Below, piece after piece: positions 46,834 through 57,264 of a DNA stretch of 64,000 nucleotides (the stretch's first letter is position 1; every line of letters starts with the position of its first letter). The position numbers were made by a program, and so were the translations under genes. Below the pieces are notes generated by a model. It saw only the letters and a list, made by a program, of their open reading frames with translations. It was not told where the DNA came from and did not search any database. The DNA lies in the NCBI GenBank assembly GCA_964503625.1, contig CAZDAU010000004.1:39964-103963 (forward strand), in the 5' to 3' direction. The stretch comes from an uncultured Anaerolinea sp. GTDB taxonomy: Bacteria > Chloroflexota > Anaerolineae > Anaerolineales > UBA4823.

Positions 46834-47820
46834 TTAGAGTTTCAATTCGACGATATCTCCATCCTGGAGAACATAATCGCGCTGGACCATTTGCCCTTCG
46901 AAAGCGCTGCTGCCCCACACGCGCGCCGATTTCAGCTTCTCGTAAAAGTCGCGATGGATCTTGCGCGCCAGGTCAGACACCGTGCTGCCTTTCTTCAAAA
47001 CAAAAGGACGCTCCAGATCGGGTTCCTTCCCTGGCGGCCGGGCGTAAACTCGAATGATGCCCAGCGCCTGATAGACTCGCTCTTTGAGCAGGTCGAAATT
47101 CCTGCCGGTCATTGCAGAAACCGCGATCATCGGGCAATCCTCGCCTAGCAAGGCGCAAAACAGGTCATAGATTTCATCCTGGCTTTCGTCGTCGCACTTA
47201 TTTGCCAGAATAAGCAGGGGTAAGAATACCATCCGATCCTGGCTGGCATATCGCTCGCGGCGGTCCATCGAAGCAATTCGGTGAACCTCCAGCAACAAGA
47301 GCGTGTCTGCCAGTTGCTGCAAGGGGTCGGATTGCAAATCCACCATCACAAGGACCAGATCAGCCCGCCGGATCAGGTCAAACAGGGCAGGCTCAACAAA
47401 TTCGCGGTCCGTGGGCGGTGTATCGACCAGTTGAACCTGGATATCTTTCACCGGCATCATCCCGGGAATCGGCTTCCAGGTGGTGAAAGGCGCCGATGAA
47501 ATTTCTGGCTCAGCATGGGTCAGCGCGGCCACCAGCGTGGATTTGCCCACGTTTGTCGGTCCAATCACCACGGCCTGCCCGCCGCCTTCTTTCTCAATTT
47601 GGAATGTTGCCTGATGCGCGCTATGTTTCTTGTGCGCCTGAGCTTCCTCCTTGAGCCTGGAGAGCTGACGGCGCAAATCTGCGCGCAGCTTATCGGTGCC
47701 TTTGTGTTTCGGCACCGTACTGATCAGGTCTTCAAGGCAGGCAATTTTATCCGCCGGCGATTGTGCCTCTCGATATCGCTTATCCGCTTCAAAATATTCC
47801 GGTGGCAGGTTTGTTGGCAT
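46834..47820 (-). CDS. DRG/Obg-family GTPase with TGS domain
   Basis: PKHKGT, GPTNVGKST, PFTT, NKCD; C-terminal RVYA...LQDGDIVEL. Confidence 0.88.
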   Translation of the reverse strand: MPTNLPPEYFEADKRYREAQSPADKIACLEDLISTVPKHKGTDKLRADLRRQLSRLKEEAQAHKKHSAHQATFQIEKEGGGQAVVIGPTNVGKSTLVAALTHAEPEISSAPFTTWKPIPGMMPVKDIQVQLVDTPPTDREFVEPALFDLIRRADLVLVMVDLQSDPLQQLADTLLLLEVHRIASMDRRERYASQDRMVFLPLLILANKCDDESQDEIYDLFCALLGEDCPMIAVSAMTGRNFDLLKERVYQALGIIRVYARPPGKEPDLERPFVLKKGSTVSDLARKIHRDFYEKLKSARVWGSSAFEGQMVQRDYVLQDGDIVELKL

Positions 47821-47978
47821 CTTCGCCTTTCTTGAAATTGCTATCTCGAACCATGCCGGCGATTTAATTATACTGATATTCCAGATTGCCAGGTTAAAAA
47901 AAGCGCTGCGGTTTCATTCAACCGCAGCGACAGGATCAGTAAAGAATAGAACGTTTCATCCGCCGATATGGCGGCCTT

Positions 47979-49631
47979 TTAGCCTGGATTCGCCTCATCT
48001 GCGGCGGCTGGCTGATTCGCATCCACTTTAGCGTGCCTGGATCCCAGGGGGATAGATAGCTTTCCCAGCCGGAGCGAGCGCTTCGCATCGGCAGGAAGGC
48101 CATAATCGTAATGATAAAGTTTATAGTAACCCTTGTTGCTGCGGGGAATGCGGTTTAATACCACACCAGCAAATTTTACTCCCACGCTTTCCAGGCGCCT
48201 CAAGGCCACAATAGCTTCCGACTTACGGGTAAGGCCATATCCAACCACGATCAAAATTTCATCCACTTCGTTAGCCAGGAGGGTGGAATCGGTCACCAGC
48301 ATGGGCGGGCCATCCACAATCAGAATATCAGCGTGATCGGACAGATCGCTCAGCAGATCTCTCATGTGCTCTGATCCGATCAGATCGGCAGGGTATCCTT
48401 TGATCTCGCCAGTCGTGATCACAGAAAGATTCTTGTCTGGCATCTCATTCATACATTCCTGAAGGGTATCCTCGCCACTGAGCAGCGTACTCAGGCCTTT
48501 TTCATTGGGTAGCTTGAGGTAAGTGTGCAGACTGGGACGCCTCAAGTCGGCATCCAGTAAAATCACCTTCTTGCCACTCTTGGCCAGGGTCAGCGCCAGG
48601 TTGGATGCAACCACAGACTTGCCCTCGGTCTTGCTCACGCTGGCGACCAGGATCGATTTGAACGGGGCATCGACCTGAGCAAGGTCCAGGCTGACTTTCA
48701 AAGCCCGAAAGGCTTCCGCTACCAACGACTTCGGCTGTTCTACCACGATTGTGGCTTTATCGACTTCTTTATCGATCTCAGGGATGAAGCCGATCACAGG
48801 CAGATGTAAGGCCCGGTTTATCTCCTCAGGAGTTTCAAGCGTATCATCCAGGTATTCAATCAGGTATGCTGCCCCGGCGGAGATCAGGAATGCAATGGCA
48901 ATTGACAACAGGACAACCGTGCCCCGGTTAGGGCCAATCGGACGGTTGGGCAACCGCGCAGCCTCAAGCAAGTTTAAGCTGTTTGGAGCGCGGCCAAGCG
49001 AGCTGCTGAGCATCGTGGCGTAATTTGACTGCAGGGTGGTGAGCTTTTGTCGCAGGGTGGTGACCTCCGCCTGAGCCTGGGCAATCTGCCGAGCGCTGTT
49101 CAAGCCGCCTAGCTCATTTTCCTTCTGGGCGATTTCCTCCTGCGTATCCTTGATCTGTGCCTCCAGCAATTCCAGTTGTCCGCGAATGAACTCTTGCCGT
49201 TGTTGCTCCTGCAGATCGGGGTTAGACGGGCTTTGCTTGATGAGCTGATTGGCAAGCTCATTGGCAACCGCTTGAGCGCGGTAAGGGTCGGTATCGGTCA
49301 CTGAAATTTCAATGATCTGGCTGTTCGGCACCGCCTGGGACGTGTATTCTGGCAACCAGGCCAGGTTTAGGGCTTCCATGGTGGCCGCTCGTATGACATC
49401 GCGCGTGGCAAGGTTGGCATAGTAAGTAGCCAGTTGCTGCGCCAGCCCGAGCTCACCCCCCGAAGGGTTTGGCTCATAGACTGCCCGCCCAATCACAATA
49501 GAAGTGCGCGTCTGGTAGATCGGCGGTTGACGGCTGATTACCCAAAAGCTGGAGATTCCTGCCAGCAGACAGGCCATAAAAATCAACTTCCACCACTTAA
49601 ACAGTGGCTCAAAATATTGCTTGATCGCCAT
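47979..49631 (-). CDS. Polysaccharide co-polymerase / tyrosine autokinase (Wzc, CpsCD-like)
   Basis: Two TM segments around a coiled coil; EAFRAL, EGKS, DADLRRP; Tyr-rich tail YYKLYHYDY; start taken at MAIKQY. Confidence 0.88.
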   Translation of the reverse strand: MAIKQYFEPLFKWWKLIFMACLLAGISSFWVISRQPPIYQTRTSIVIGRAVYEPNPSGGELGLAQQLATYYANLATRDVIRAATMEALNLAWLPEYTSQAVPNSQIIEISVTDTDPYRAQAVANELANQLIKQSPSNPDLQEQQRQEFIRGQLELLEAQIKDTQEEIAQKENELGGLNSARQIAQAQAEVTTLRQKLTTLQSNYATMLSSSLGRAPNSLNLLEAARLPNRPIGPNRGTVVLLSIAIAFLISAGAAYLIEYLDDTLETPEEINRALHLPVIGFIPEIDKEVDKATIVVEQPKSLVAEAFRALKVSLDLAQVDAPFKSILVASVSKTEGKSVVASNLALTLAKSGKKVILLDADLRRPSLHTYLKLPNEKGLSTLLSGEDTLQECMNEMPDKNLSVITTGEIKGYPADLIGSEHMRDLLSDLSDHADILIVDGPPMLVTDSTLLANEVDEILIVVGYGLTRKSEAIVALRRLESVGVKFAGVVLNRIPRSNKGYYKLYHYDYGLPADAKRSLRLGKLSIPLGSRHAKVDANQPAAADEANPG

Positions 49632-49644
49632 AGACAGGTTGCCT

Positions 49645-50256
49645 TTATTCCTCCCGATTCTCACCTGTTTCCAGGTTTTGAATCAATTTCACACCGTCGT
49701 ACAGACTGCTGACAGTGTGATCTGGCTGAACAAGATGGCGGCTGAGTTCTTCACAAATATAACATTTAAAGCTGGAATAAACCAGGATATTCGTCGTACC
49801 AGCTGCCTGCCCTGCTTGCATATCCGTAATCCCGTCGCCAATAAAATATGATCGATCCAGGGCGATGCCCATCTCTGCAGATGCCTGCAACAACATACCT
49901 GGCTTCGGCTTGCGGCACTCACAAACCTGACGATATTGCCGGATCACCCCATCTGGATGATGATAGCAATAATAAACTGCATCCAGGATCGCTCCGTGAG
50001 CCGCCAGCTCAGAGCGCATGAGATGAGTCATCGCCTCCAGCAGGGCAAGTGAAAATTTTCCCTTGGCAATTCCGGGTTGATTAGAAATCACTACCGCCAG
50101 GAAACCCAACTGGTTGATCCAGCGGATTGCATCCGCTGCGCCAGGCAGCAAACGAAACTCCCGCGGGTTGGCAGGAGAATCCACCAGACCAAATTCGGTG
50201 TTGTAGACCATGGCGTTGATCACCCCGTCACGGTCCAGAAAAACGGCCCGGTTCAT
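49645..50256 (-). CDS. gmhB: D-glycero-D-manno-heptose-1,7-bisphosphate phosphatase
   Basis: FLDRDGVIN, SNQPG, CYHHP, CECRKPKPG, IGDGITD. Confidence 0.88.
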   Translation of the reverse strand: MNRAVFLDRDGVINAMVYNTEFGLVDSPANPREFRLLPGAADAIRWINQLGFLAVVISNQPGIAKGKFSLALLEAMTHLMRSELAAHGAILDAVYYCYHHPDGVIRQYRQVCECRKPKPGMLLQASAEMGIALDRSYFIGDGITDMQAGQAAGTTNILVYSSFKCYICEELSRHLVQPDHTVSSLYDGVKLIQNLETGENREE

Positions 50257-50305
50257 CCTGGCTTATTCACCTACCCCTTGTCTGATTGGGCAATGGAAGA
50301 CACTG

Positions 50306-50926
50306 CTATGCCGATTCTACCAGTTTCTTGAGGGTATTTGCAATGGCATGTTCAGCAATCAGGTGACAATCCTCTTGCTGGCAAATATTTCCAGTGGGCG
50401 TTAACACGCAGTGATCCACCATTCCTTTGAGTTTACCGCCGCTGTCCCCGGTAAGCCCAACCGTCACTGCGCCGTGCTCCCGTGCTGTTGCCACTGCCCG
50501 CAGCACATTGGGCGAATTTCCACTGGCAGAGATCGCCACAACCACATCCCCAGGGCGGATAAAATTGATCAACTGTTCGGAAAAAACATCCTCGTAGGAC
50601 GAGTCGTTCCCCCAGGCAGTCATCAATGGCACATTATCTGTGAGGGCAATCACTTTGAAGCGCGGTTTGCCCGGTGTGATCGTCAGCTTATTCAGATCGT
50701 TGGCCATGTGAGAAGCCGTTGCTGCGCTCCCGCCATTGCCGAGGACAAAGATCTGCGCTTCGCGCCGCCAGGCATCAAACAAGACCTGAGTGGCCTGCCA
50801 GAGCGTATCGCGCCGCAGCAGGCGCACGGCTTCTTCCAGCTCCACCAGATACTGATTCAGAGGGTCTTTGGATTGCGTGGTGCCTTCCACAACATCCGGC
50901 TTAACCGAACCGGGATAGTTTGTCAT
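50306..50926 (-). CDS. gmhA: Phosphoheptose isomerase
   Basis: GNGGSAATASH, TAWGND, ISASGNSPN, EDCH; AGGAG RBS before ATG 50926. Confidence 0.88.
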   Translation of the reverse strand: MTNYPGSVKPDVVEGTTQSKDPLNQYLVELEEAVRLLRRDTLWQATQVLFDAWRREAQIFVLGNGGSAATASHMANDLNKLTITPGKPRFKVIALTDNVPLMTAWGNDSSYEDVFSEQLINFIRPGDVVVAISASGNSPNVLRAVATAREHGAVTVGLTGDSGGKLKGMVDHCVLTPTGNICQQEDCHLIAEHAIANTLKKLVESA

Positions 50927-50992
50927 ATCTTTATCTCCTGTCACAAAACTACCAAGAATTAATGAGCAAGTTTACTACTGTATTACTGTAAC

Positions 50993-51970
50993 TTAGCCTT
51001 CATAACCGCCTGGGTGCCGCAAGTGCCATTGCCAGGCGCTGTTCAAAATATCCTCCAGCCTGGGATATTGCGGCTGCCAGCCCAACTCCCGGCGGATCCG
51101 CTCCGAACTAGCGATGAGCGTGGCCGGGTCGCCCGGCCGGCGATCGCGAACCACATAGGGGATCGGGCGCCCGGTCACCTGGCGGGCTGTTTCAATCACC
51201 TGCTTCACGCTGAAACCCTGGCCGTTGCCCAGGTTGTACAGGCGGCTGCCGCGGTCAAGCGCCTGCAATGCCAGGATATGGGCCTGAGCCAGATCGATCA
51301 CGTGAATATAATCGCGCACGCAGGTGCCATCCGGTGTGGGGTAATCTCCGCCGAACACCTGAATCTGAGGCAGTTGGCCCAGCGCCACCTTGAGAACCAA
51401 GGGGATCAGGTGAGTCTCCGGGTTGTGGTCCTCGCCAAAGCGCTCGCTGGCGCCGGCGGCGTTGAAATAGCGCAATGCCGCGAATTTCAAGCCCGCGGTG
51501 CGATCCAACCAGGCCAGGATCCTCTCCAACAAGTACTTGCTCTCACCATAAGGGCTTCCGGGCACAATTTGTTCATCTTCATCAATGGGCATACGAGCCG
51601 GACGGTCAAACAGGTTGGCGGTGGAGGAGAGAATAAACCGCCGCACACCATGCGCAACCGTCTCCTGAAGCAGATTTAACCCATTGGTGACGTTATCGCC
51701 AATGTATTTGAACGGCTTTTCCATCGATTCGCCCACCAGGGTGTAAGAGGCGAAGTGCATCACGGCATCGATTGGGTTCTCGTCAAACACCTGCTTGACC
51801 GCCGCGCGATCTGCCAGGTCGCCCTGGATGAATTTCGCCCGCGGGTGCACCGCCGGGCGATGGCCCTGGTAAAGATTATCAAAAACGATCACCTGTTCGC
51901 CGCGCTCAATGAGCTGCTCGGAAACAATTGACCCAATATAACCGGCTCCGCCGGTTAGCAGAATATTCAT
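50993..51970 (-). CDS. galE: UDP-glucose 4-epimerase
   Basis: [40 protein letters not shown]. Confidence 0.94.
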   Translation of the reverse strand: MNILLTGGAGYIGSIVSEQLIERGEQVIVFDNLYQGHRPAVHPRAKFIQGDLADRAAVKQVFDENPIDAVMHFASYTLVGESMEKPFKYIGDNVTNGLNLLQETVAHGVRRFILSSTANLFDRPARMPIDEDEQIVPGSPYGESKYLLERILAWLDRTAGLKFAALRYFNAAGASERFGEDHNPETHLIPLVLKVALGQLPQIQVFGGDYPTPDGTCVRDYIHVIDLAQAHILALQALDRGSRLYNLGNGQGFSVKQVIETARQVTGRPIPYVVRDRRPGDPATLIASSERIRRELGWQPQYPRLEDILNSAWQWHLRHPGGYEG

Positions 51971-52025
51971 CGATTATTTCTCCATCAACGTTTGTGAAGG
52001 TTATTGGGGTCTGGAGGAAGCGCGC

Positions 52026-53003
52026 CTACCGCCGGTAGTTGAAGATCACCTTCGAGCCATCTGGCTCCAGGTTAAAGGGGACCTCTTCAAGGGAGCTCAG
52101 GGCATCTCGCACCGCTTCACGCTTTTCATAAGGGCAATAGAGCAGGAAAAAGCCACCACCGCCAGCCCCAGTTATTTTACCGCCAATTGCCCCAGCTTTG
52201 AGCGCCGCCTCATATATGGCATCAATGGTGGGGTTGCTCACCCGGCTGGCCAGTTGCTTCTTGAGTATCCAGTTTTCATGCAGCAGTTCGCCGATGATAT
52301 CCAGGTTGCCCGCCATCAGCTCTTCCCTGGCCAGACAGGCCATGTGCTTGATCTGATGAAGCAGCTTGCGGCTGTTGTGAATGTTCTCCTTCTGCTCTCC
52401 CAGAATCGAATCAGCCTGGCGAGTCATCCCGGTGTAAAAGAGGAGCAGGCTCTCATTCAGACGATTGCGCAAACGCGGCTCCAGCTCAATTCGCTCGCTG
52501 ATGACCTTGCCGTCAGGGTGAAACTCCAGAAAGCGAAAACCACCCAAAGCGCAAATGTATTGGTCTTGCAAGCCGATGGGTTTGTTCAGGCGGGTAATCT
52601 CGATATCGCAGGCTTCCTTCGCCAACTGGTGAGCAGTGACCGACTCACCCAGGTAGGTGTACATCGCGTGCAGTGCTCCTACCGTGACGGCGCTCGAGGA
52701 GGCCAGGCCAGCGCCCGCCGGGATATCGCCCATGGTGGTAACCTCGACACCTTTTTGGATACCCGTCAGGTGCATTGCCTCCCGAATCAGTTCATGTTGG
52801 ACTTCGTCAACTGAGTCAACAATCTCTGTGCGGGTGTACCCAACGCGTATCTTGGCATCAAAACGCTTTTTGATCGTCACAAAAATGTACTTGTCGATGG
52901 CAGAACTCAAAATGTTTGTCCCCCCCTCTTCCATAAAATAGGAAGGGAAATCGGTTCCGCCGCCCAAGAAACTAACCCGTAGCGGAGTCTGTACAATGAT
53001 CAT
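52026..53003 (-). CDS. hddA: D-glycero-D-manno-heptose-7-phosphate kinase (GHMP family)
   Basis: [38 protein letters not shown]. Confidence 0.85.
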   Translation of the reverse strand: MIIVQTPLRVSFLGGGTDFPSYFMEEGGTNILSSAIDKYIFVTIKKRFDAKIRVGYTRTEIVDSVDEVQHELIREAMHLTGIQKGVEVTTMGDIPAGAGLASSSAVTVGALHAMYTYLGESVTAHQLAKEACDIEITRLNKPIGLQDQYICALGGFRFLEFHPDGKVISERIELEPRLRNRLNESLLLFYTGMTRQADSILGEQKENIHNSRKLLHQIKHMACLAREELMAGNLDIIGELLHENWILKKQLASRVSNPTIDAIYEAALKAGAIGGKITGAGGGGFFLLYCPYEKREAVRDALSSLEEVPFNLEPDGSKVIFNYRR

Positions 53004-53019
53004 AATGTTGGCCTCTTTG

Positions 53020-54546
53020 TTAGTAAGCCCCCCGGCTCCTGAGAACGGCTGGGATTGTTTGCACCAACAGCTGCAAATCCAGCCAGATGCTCCAGTTGCG
53101 GATATATTGCATATCCAGGCGGACCCGGTCTGCATAGGTCAAGTCGGAGCGGCCGCTCACCTGCCACAGGCCGGTGATCCCCGGCCGTACCGTGAGCAGG
53201 TTCATGCCCCACTGGTTGTATTCTTTCATCTCATCCGGGTGAATCATGCGCGGCCCTACCAACGACATTTCGTATCGCAAGACGTTGAACAGTTGCGGCA
53301 GTTCATCCAGGCTTAGTTTGCGCAGGATTGCGCCCAGGCGGGTGACGCGCGGATCCCTTTTGAGTTTTCGCTTTGTGTTCAGCTCTTTCTGAAGCTCGGC
53401 ATTATTTGCCAGGATCTGATCGCCATCCACGTACATGGTGCGAAACTTGAAGGCGTCAAACATGCGGTTGTTAACCCCCATCACCCGGCGACGGTAAATG
53501 ATTGGACCTGGCGAATCCAGCTTAACCGCAATGGCAATCAGCAGCATGAGTGGTGAGAGAAGGATGACCGCCGGGATGGTCAGCCCGTAGTCCAACAGCA
53601 ACTTCAAGAAGTTATCAAACCCTGTCAGGCGAACCTTATTCACACAAACCAGCGGCACAAAAGCAAACTCGCGCACGCGCAGCCCGGTGGTCATGATTTC
53701 ATACAACCCGGAAGACATCCGCACGCTGACTTTGTCTGACATCCCATAAGTCTGGAAAATTTCCAACAATTTATCCCGGCTGGTGATGGAGCTGCTGGCA
53801 AGGATCACCTCTTTGACGCCATAGCTCTGGATAATGCTATCCAGGTGGCTCATGTTGCCCAGGACACGCAGGCCGCGGGTGGGTACAGTATCCGGCGAGA
53901 ACTTCTTATCCACAAAACCGACAATTTGCAGGCCAGAATATTGCGGGTTTGAAAGCTGATTGGCCAGCAAGATCCCTTCATTGTTCGCGCCAATGATGAC
54001 TGCACGTGAGATAAACAATCCGTAACGGCGTAAGTAGTAGATCACCCGGCGCAACCAGAAGCGGCCACTGGCAATCATGATGAAAGACAGGCTCCAGGCC
54101 AGGATGAGCCAGCCGCGGGCGATCAAAAACATGGGTTGCAAGAAGTCGAAGATGATGACAAGCAAGATTGCAACGGTGGTAGCCCGAAAAACAAGGGCAT
54201 ATTCTTGGGGTCCGCCCAGCAACTGTTCTTTGTTGTATAGCCCCAAGATGACAAAGATCACAAACCAAAAGACGGCGATGAACAATGTCACCATCTGGTA
54301 GTACTGAATATTAGGGATGACATCCGTTTCAAAGATGGGTATTGATAAATTAAAACGAATGAAATAAGCCAGCCGGAAAGCAAAGCCCATCATCAATACA
54401 TCGTTGAAGATCAAAGCCAGGATATACCCCGCCCATTGGATTTTTTCTGGCGAGAGACTCTTCACCCAGCTTGCTTCTGATCGTTGAGCTTTTTCCCTGC
54501 GGAGTTCATCCCTGGAGAGCTGTGCCATTGATTTCGATGACTCCAT
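53020..54546 (-). CDS. Initiating polyprenyl glycosylphosphotransferase (WcaJ/WbaP-like)
   Basis: N-terminal TMs; [36 protein letters not shown]. Confidence 0.93.
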   Translation of the reverse strand: MESSKSMAQLSRDELRREKAQRSEASWVKSLSPEKIQWAGYILALIFNDVLMMGFAFRLAYFIRFNLSIPIFETDVIPNIQYYQMVTLFIAVFWFVIFVILGLYNKEQLLGGPQEYALVFRATTVAILLVIIFDFLQPMFLIARGWLILAWSLSFIMIASGRFWLRRVIYYLRRYGLFISRAVIIGANNEGILLANQLSNPQYSGLQIVGFVDKKFSPDTVPTRGLRVLGNMSHLDSIIQSYGVKEVILASSSITSRDKLLEIFQTYGMSDKVSVRMSSGLYEIMTTGLRVREFAFVPLVCVNKVRLTGFDNFLKLLLDYGLTIPAVILLSPLMLLIAIAVKLDSPGPIIYRRRVMGVNNRMFDAFKFRTMYVDGDQILANNAELQKELNTKRKLKRDPRVTRLGAILRKLSLDELPQLFNVLRYEMSLVGPRMIHPDEMKEYNQWGMNLLTVRPGITGLWQVSGRSDLTYADRVRLDMQYIRNWSIWLDLQLLVQTIPAVLRSRGAY

Positions 54547-55762
54547 GATAAACCTCTTCCAATTGTGTTACAAGTCGATCCCAGGAGAAATGCCGCTCTA
54601 CATAGCGGCGCCCAGATTCGCCCACAGCCTGACGCAGGTGGGCGTTATCCAGCAGCCGGATGGCCTGATCGGCAAAATCATCCGGTTCCTGGGCAACCAG
54701 CACATCCTGGTCATGGACAACACCGGTCAGCGCAGAAACCGCCAACGGCGTCGCCACAACCGGGGTGGCGCAAGCCATGCTTTCAATGACTTTAAACTGC
54801 ATACCGGCGCCATAAGTCAACGGCGCAACTGCCACGGTAGCGCGCTGCATGTATGGGCGCAAATCCGGCACCATGCCGGTGACCTTGACGTTTGGGTGCG
54901 CAGCCATGTCTTTGATTTCTTGCGTCGGGTCCTTCCCCACAATCCAAAGCTTCACTTCTGGGTGTTTGCTCCAGATACGCGGCATGATCTGCTCAAACAG
55001 ATGGATGACCATTGAAACGTTAGCATGGTAGCTCATTTTGCCGCTCACCAAAAGGGTGGACGATTCACGTTTTTGCTGCGGATCGGGGCGAAAGTAATCC
55101 AGGTCAACACCGATCGGAAAAACCCTCAATTTCGCAGCTTTTGTGGTTGCACCCTTCAGCGAAAGCAACGCATTCTGATCCTTCTGCGAGGTGACCAGAA
55201 TGACCGGAAATTGCCTGGTCAGATCTGCTTCAAACTTCTCCGTCCGCTTTAGCTCAAGCTGGGTGATCCAGCGATAAGCCTGGCGCCTGCTCTGCACCGA
55301 TGACTGCCTGAACAAGTATGAAATACAATCAACGCTGTCCCAGACAATTGGCGGGCAGGGCTTCCCACTTCCCCCATCACCAGGCCACCAGGACCGGAGT
55401 GACAGGGCATACTTTGAACCACGCAGATGTTCAACGTGAACAACATCGATCTTTTCTTTCTGGATAGTAGCGATGATCTGCCTGGCCATTTGCGGGTTCC
55501 AACTATACCAGGCCTGTAAGGGCTGTGAAGTTGGCAGCGCTATCAGGCTATTCACCAGCGAGCGCCAGGCAGGCATCGAAAAGGCCTGGACCGAGCCACA
55601 ATATTGTTTTAACTCTTCGGCATCCCTCCTTTCTTCGTCATTGGACCAAAGCGTGATGAGATGAACCTGGTTTCCATGCTCCACCAACTTGCGAATTATG
55701 TTATAGGAGCGCGAGCGAATTAAATTCGGTACATACGGAACTACAAAAAGAATATTCATCAT
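54506..55762 (-). CDS. Glycosyltransferase family 4
   Basis: VPYVP N-terminus; GMQFKVIESMACATPVV. Confidence 0.88.
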   Translation of the reverse strand: MMNILFVVPYVPNLIRSRSYNIIRKLVEHGNQVHLITLWSNDEERRDAEELKQYCGSVQAFSMPAWRSLVNSLIALPTSQPLQAWYSWNPQMARQIIATIQKEKIDVVHVEHLRGSKYALSLRSWWPGDGGSGKPCPPIVWDSVDCISYLFRQSSVQSRRQAYRWITQLELKRTEKFEADLTRQFPVILVTSQKDQNALLSLKGATTKAAKLRVFPIGVDLDYFRPDPQQKRESSTLLVSGKMSYHANVSMVIHLFEQIMPRIWSKHPEVKLWIVGKDPTQEIKDMAAHPNVKVTGMVPDLRPYMQRATVAVAPLTYGAGMQFKVIESMACATPVVATPLAVSALTGVVHDQDVLVAQEPDDFADQAIRLLDNAHLRQAVGESGRRYVERHFSWDRLVTQLEEVYHGVIEINGTALQG

Positions 55763-55959
55763 TCACTCAACGTTGAGGCTGTCCATCCCATTCACAAACC
55801 GAATGATTGCAAAACAATAGATGCGTATAAAAAAGGGTGGGACGAACAACTATCTAATTGTAAGACGTAAATGCAAAAGAATTGTTACGAATTTGGTAGG
55901 ATTAAGAATCGTTAACGTCAAATTTACGTGATCATCTATTCTCGGCAAAAGCGCCCACC

Positions 55960-57264
55960 TCATAACCTGGACGCAAACCAGGTGGACAGGTCCGTAAAGG
56001 CCAGGCCTGCATAGATCATCAACACCGCATCCACCGGCAGGCGATAGCGCACAAGCGCCCAGGAGAGCAAATGGATGGCTGTGTAGAACAGGATAAACAG
56101 CAGCAACAGGTTCGAAGTTGAGCTAAGGCTGAAACGTTGGACCGGTGGATTTGGAATAAAAGAGCGCGCCAGCCCGTACAGCATGAACGGCAGTAGCAGG
56201 CCAAAACCGCCGGCGCGAGCGATGTTGCTGATCAGATCAGAATCTCTGGACGGCCAGAACATAAAGAACGCCGGGAAGCGGCTGATGGATAACAACACAT
56301 AGCGCCCGGGGTCCTGCTGAATAAACTTCAACCCCTCGCCCAACAGGGCCTGGTCCAGGGCAGCTTCATCCAGCCTGCGCAGATCTTTGGGGATCAAATC
56401 CAGATAGCTGCCCATCTCCGCTGGCAGGATGGGGATGAAGTGCGTCCCATAGATTGGATGATTGGCCCAGAAAAAAGCAAACCCGGCATTGGTGTTCAGC
56501 AGCACAAAGCGTTCAAAGCGCTGGTAGTTATAAAGAGTGAAAGGCAGAATTGCCAGGATTACCAATGCCCCAGAGATGAGCGTCGAGTAAACCAGCCGTG
56601 TGGTGATCCGCCAGCCATTGGCCATCCAGATCCAGAAGAACAACACCGGAATGAAAAGGAGAAACAACTGGCGCAGCAAGACTGTCAGGCTGAGAGCCAG
56701 GCCCAGCGCCAGGCTGTATAATAGAACTTGGCAGTTCATCCCCCCGGACCCGGCCCGGATTGCCTCCCGCAGCAGGATGCCAAAGCTGAGCGTTGCCAGG
56801 ATGCCCGTGATATAAAACGGCTCGGTCATGAGCGTGGCGGCGTAGTAGATAAAGTACGGGTAGATTGCGGTCAGCGCGGCGGCAAACAGCCCCACCGTTA
56901 CAGAAAACACCCGCTTGCCCAGCCAATACGCCAGGTACGGCTGCAACAGGCCCACCAGCACAGCCTGGATCAGGCGCGCAGCCAGGGGATGAGGCCCAGC
57001 CAGCCGATAGATCAAAGCCACAAAGAAGGTGTAGAGATAGCTCCAGTGGGCGGTGGGCGCGCCGGCGGCCGTAACCGGCCACCATGGCTCACCAAAGGTG
57101 AAACCGTGGCCGGCCAGCAGGCGCAAGGCCAGAGTGTGATAAGAGAGCTGGTCAGCTGTGCCGGGCAGCTCTTTCACCACATCGCCCAGGTAAAAGGCAG
57201 CAGCCACGCGCAGCAGAACTGCCAGCGCCAATGTTGCACCTAAAAGCAGGCTAGTTCTTTTCAT
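55960..57264 (-). CDS. Polytopic ArnT/PMT-like glycosyltransferase (GT-C)
   Basis: About 11 TMs; ADQLSY, TLMTEP, RYRLP motifs; start taken at MKRTS. Confidence 0.7.
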   Translation of the reverse strand: MKRTSLLLGATLALAVLLRVAAAFYLGDVVKELPGTADQLSYHTLALRLLAGHGFTFGEPWWPVTAAGAPTAHWSYLYTFFVALIYRLAGPHPLAARLIQAVLVGLLQPYLAYWLGKRVFSVTVGLFAAALTAIYPYFIYYAATLMTEPFYITGILATLSFGILLREAIRAGSGGMNCQVLLYSLALGLALSLTVLLRQLFLLFIPVLFFWIWMANGWRITTRLVYSTLISGALVILAILPFTLYNYQRFERFVLLNTNAGFAFFWANHPIYGTHFIPILPAEMGSYLDLIPKDLRRLDEAALDQALLGEGLKFIQQDPGRYVLLSISRFPAFFMFWPSRDSDLISNIARAGGFGLLLPFMLYGLARSFIPNPPVQRFSLSSTSNLLLLFILFYTAIHLLSWALVRYRLPVDAVLMIYAGLAFTDLSTWFASRL

